NCBI GenBank assembly: GCA_963514005.1
Contig: OY740821.1
Coordinates: 14,260,001 to 14,324,000 of the forward strand
Reading direction: 5' to 3'
DNA from: Raja brachyura
Lineage: Eukaryota
DNA length: 64,000 bases
Shown: piece by piece, positions 62,187 through 64,000 of the stretch
Numbering within the stretch: the stretch's first letter is position 1
Layout: each line of letters opens with the position of its first letter
Notes under the pieces: model-generated
Databases searched by the model: none
What the model saw: the letters and a program-made list of their open reading frames with translations, nothing else
Told to the model about the DNA's origin: nothing
Position numbers and translations under genes: made by a program

Positions 62187-64000
62187 AGAAAGAAAATCTA
62201 ACATAAAAAGTGTGTGATGTTGTGGAAATGTTGTGTCAAAAACTTGTTGGCCGGACCGAGCCACTGAAAAGGGTCAAATCGTCCTCTGGGCTTGCGGTTA
62301 AAATAAAACTAGACGACTTTTCCGCATGTTTCTCAAGTGTTTCTACTATTTTGAGTGACTTGTATAAAATATAAAGTTGCGCTTTGGTGTTGTTAAATGT
62401 AATGAACTGATATCTCATTTTTCTCTGTAGTATTATATTTGCATCTTTTAATCCACTTGTTAAGGTGAACTTCCCCCGTGACATCACATTCAGGTATTCA
62501 ATATTTCTTCGTTTAATCTCAATTACTTCTTCTCGAGTGAGTCTATTCATTTTCTTGGAGTATTACCTCGGGACCAACTTTGGAAGGACTCGATGAGTAA
62601 TAATTTCCAAATTGCAAGTAAAATCCAAAACGAATGTTAATGGGTTCGTGAGGGGTGGCTGATGTTTATTCTCACTCTTTATTTTGCACTGATATTAAAC
62701 TTCACAATTACTCTCTGTGGCTCCATCGAATTACTGGTAACTTGTGATTTACTTTCCAGTATGTTTTATTTCTTGATCGTGCAAAGAGATGTTAAAGACT
62801 TGACATTCGTTGTCTCCACAATACTGAATTGTGATCTGCTATTGACTTATGTTTTGAGAAGTTGTTTGAATGCGTTTACACCTTTTTAAATAAAATGTCC
62901 ATCTAATATGATATCTTCAGTTAAGAAGTTGCTGGTTGTAGCCTTTTATACTTATTACTGGAAGACGCACTGAGTTAACTCAGTTTCAAATGTGTTTTTT
63001 TAATGTTAATTTGTTTTCAGTGTAAGATCCATGCATGTACTTTTTCTACTTTTTGGTTGAGTGTCCCATCTTATCGTATGTTCTTTTGTAGAGCTGTTCT
63101 GCGAGACCATTGTGGAATGAAAAATTTGCTTCAATTAAAATAACTGCGGAAGAATTAACAGAAAACTTGTAGAATTTACTGAGTACCATGGGGGGGAGGG
63201 AAATAGTTTTGGGGAAATGTGACTTTGTAATCAAATTCGTTGTTAAATTGAGCAAATGGAATGAAACACTTCCTTATTGATGCTTTTATTTGTTTGGGCG
63301 GGGAAGGAAAAAACTAGTTCAAAGAATCCTGAGATAAACACAATGCTGGAATAGTTCAGTGGGTCGGGCAGCATCCCTGGAGAAAATGGTTAAGTAACAT
63401 TTTGGATTGGGACCTTTTGTCAGTCATAATAGATTGAGGGGGGGGGGGAAAAAGATAGGAAGTTGATGTTCCCATTTGAGGAGATGGCTCTGAAGTCACT
63501 GAGTCAGTTTGTGTAATGGATTAACAGAAGGTTGGTTGAAGGAACACACTCTTGCTCCAATCTGATATTCCCCATGTAATGCCATTAATACTTTGTTTAA
63601 AAATAATACATTGTCCTTTTACTATTAATGAAAGGAAAATCTGGGAGGCTTGAATTAAAATATTTACTGTTGACTGGAAATTCCCCCCACCTTTTCCTGG
63701 TGAGTCAGAATCATGAATTGTGTACTTAAGGATGTATTGTGCCAGATGTTTGACTGAGATGCCAAACTGCAATTTAAAATTTAAAACAAAATGTGGGCTT
63801 GTCAAATAGACTCGAAGTTGGTACTTAAATGCTTGACGGAGGGGGTACTGAATAGTTCGGAATTGCTATATGTTTAACATTTATGCACTGGGATCTATCA
63901 ACCTATTCAGATGGAGGCGGTGAAAAGACCCCAGAATTTCTGGTTAATGATCAGCTGATTTCTGGGAAAATATTTCTCCCTCGGCCAGAATTTCCACACA

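Noticed and set aside
62236-62550. 104-aa minus-strand ORF and the many other 60-180 aa ORFs in introns
   Set aside because: No recognisable domains or consistent splice signals; expected by chance
1-64000. Prokaryotic-style systems (operons, CRISPR arrays, defence islands)
   Set aside because: Sequence is intron-rich vertebrate DNA; no regularly spaced repeat-spacer array or operon-like ORF packing

Overview
Eukaryotic vertebrate genomic DNA, most likely from a cartilaginous fish (skate/ray/shark; inferred from HE1/V-SINE-like, Deu-SINE-like, CR1, Rex1/Babar and Penelope repeat families). Two spliced genes sit head-to-head. CSRNP2 is on the minus strand: 4 coding exons, 17610->2384, 564 aa, with a probable non-coding exon 1 near 39574-39975. 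A FAM186A/B-family gene is on the plus strand: 8 coding exons, 40522->60242, 1006 aa, all splice phases consistent. They share a ~0.55 kb promoter with CRE, CCAAT and ZNF143-type motifs. A third promoter/first exon probably starts near 62 kb. Introns are dense with retroelements. The most notable observation is a ~140-nt TSD-flanked, (GAA)n-tailed retroposon family (3 copies). Its first ~55 nt fold as a minimal HDV-like self-cleaving ribozyme with the same L3 (UUCACGU), GU and J4/2 (CGAA) core as the mammalian CPEB3 ribozyme but almost no P4. One intact copy lies in sense orientation in the last intron of the FAM186 gene, and a candidate partner Vingi-like LINE fragment is in the same window. 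Penelope-derived elements with minimal hammerhead cores are also abundant. All family assignments come from recalled similarity, not database searches, and repeat boundaries are approximate unless TSDs are given.
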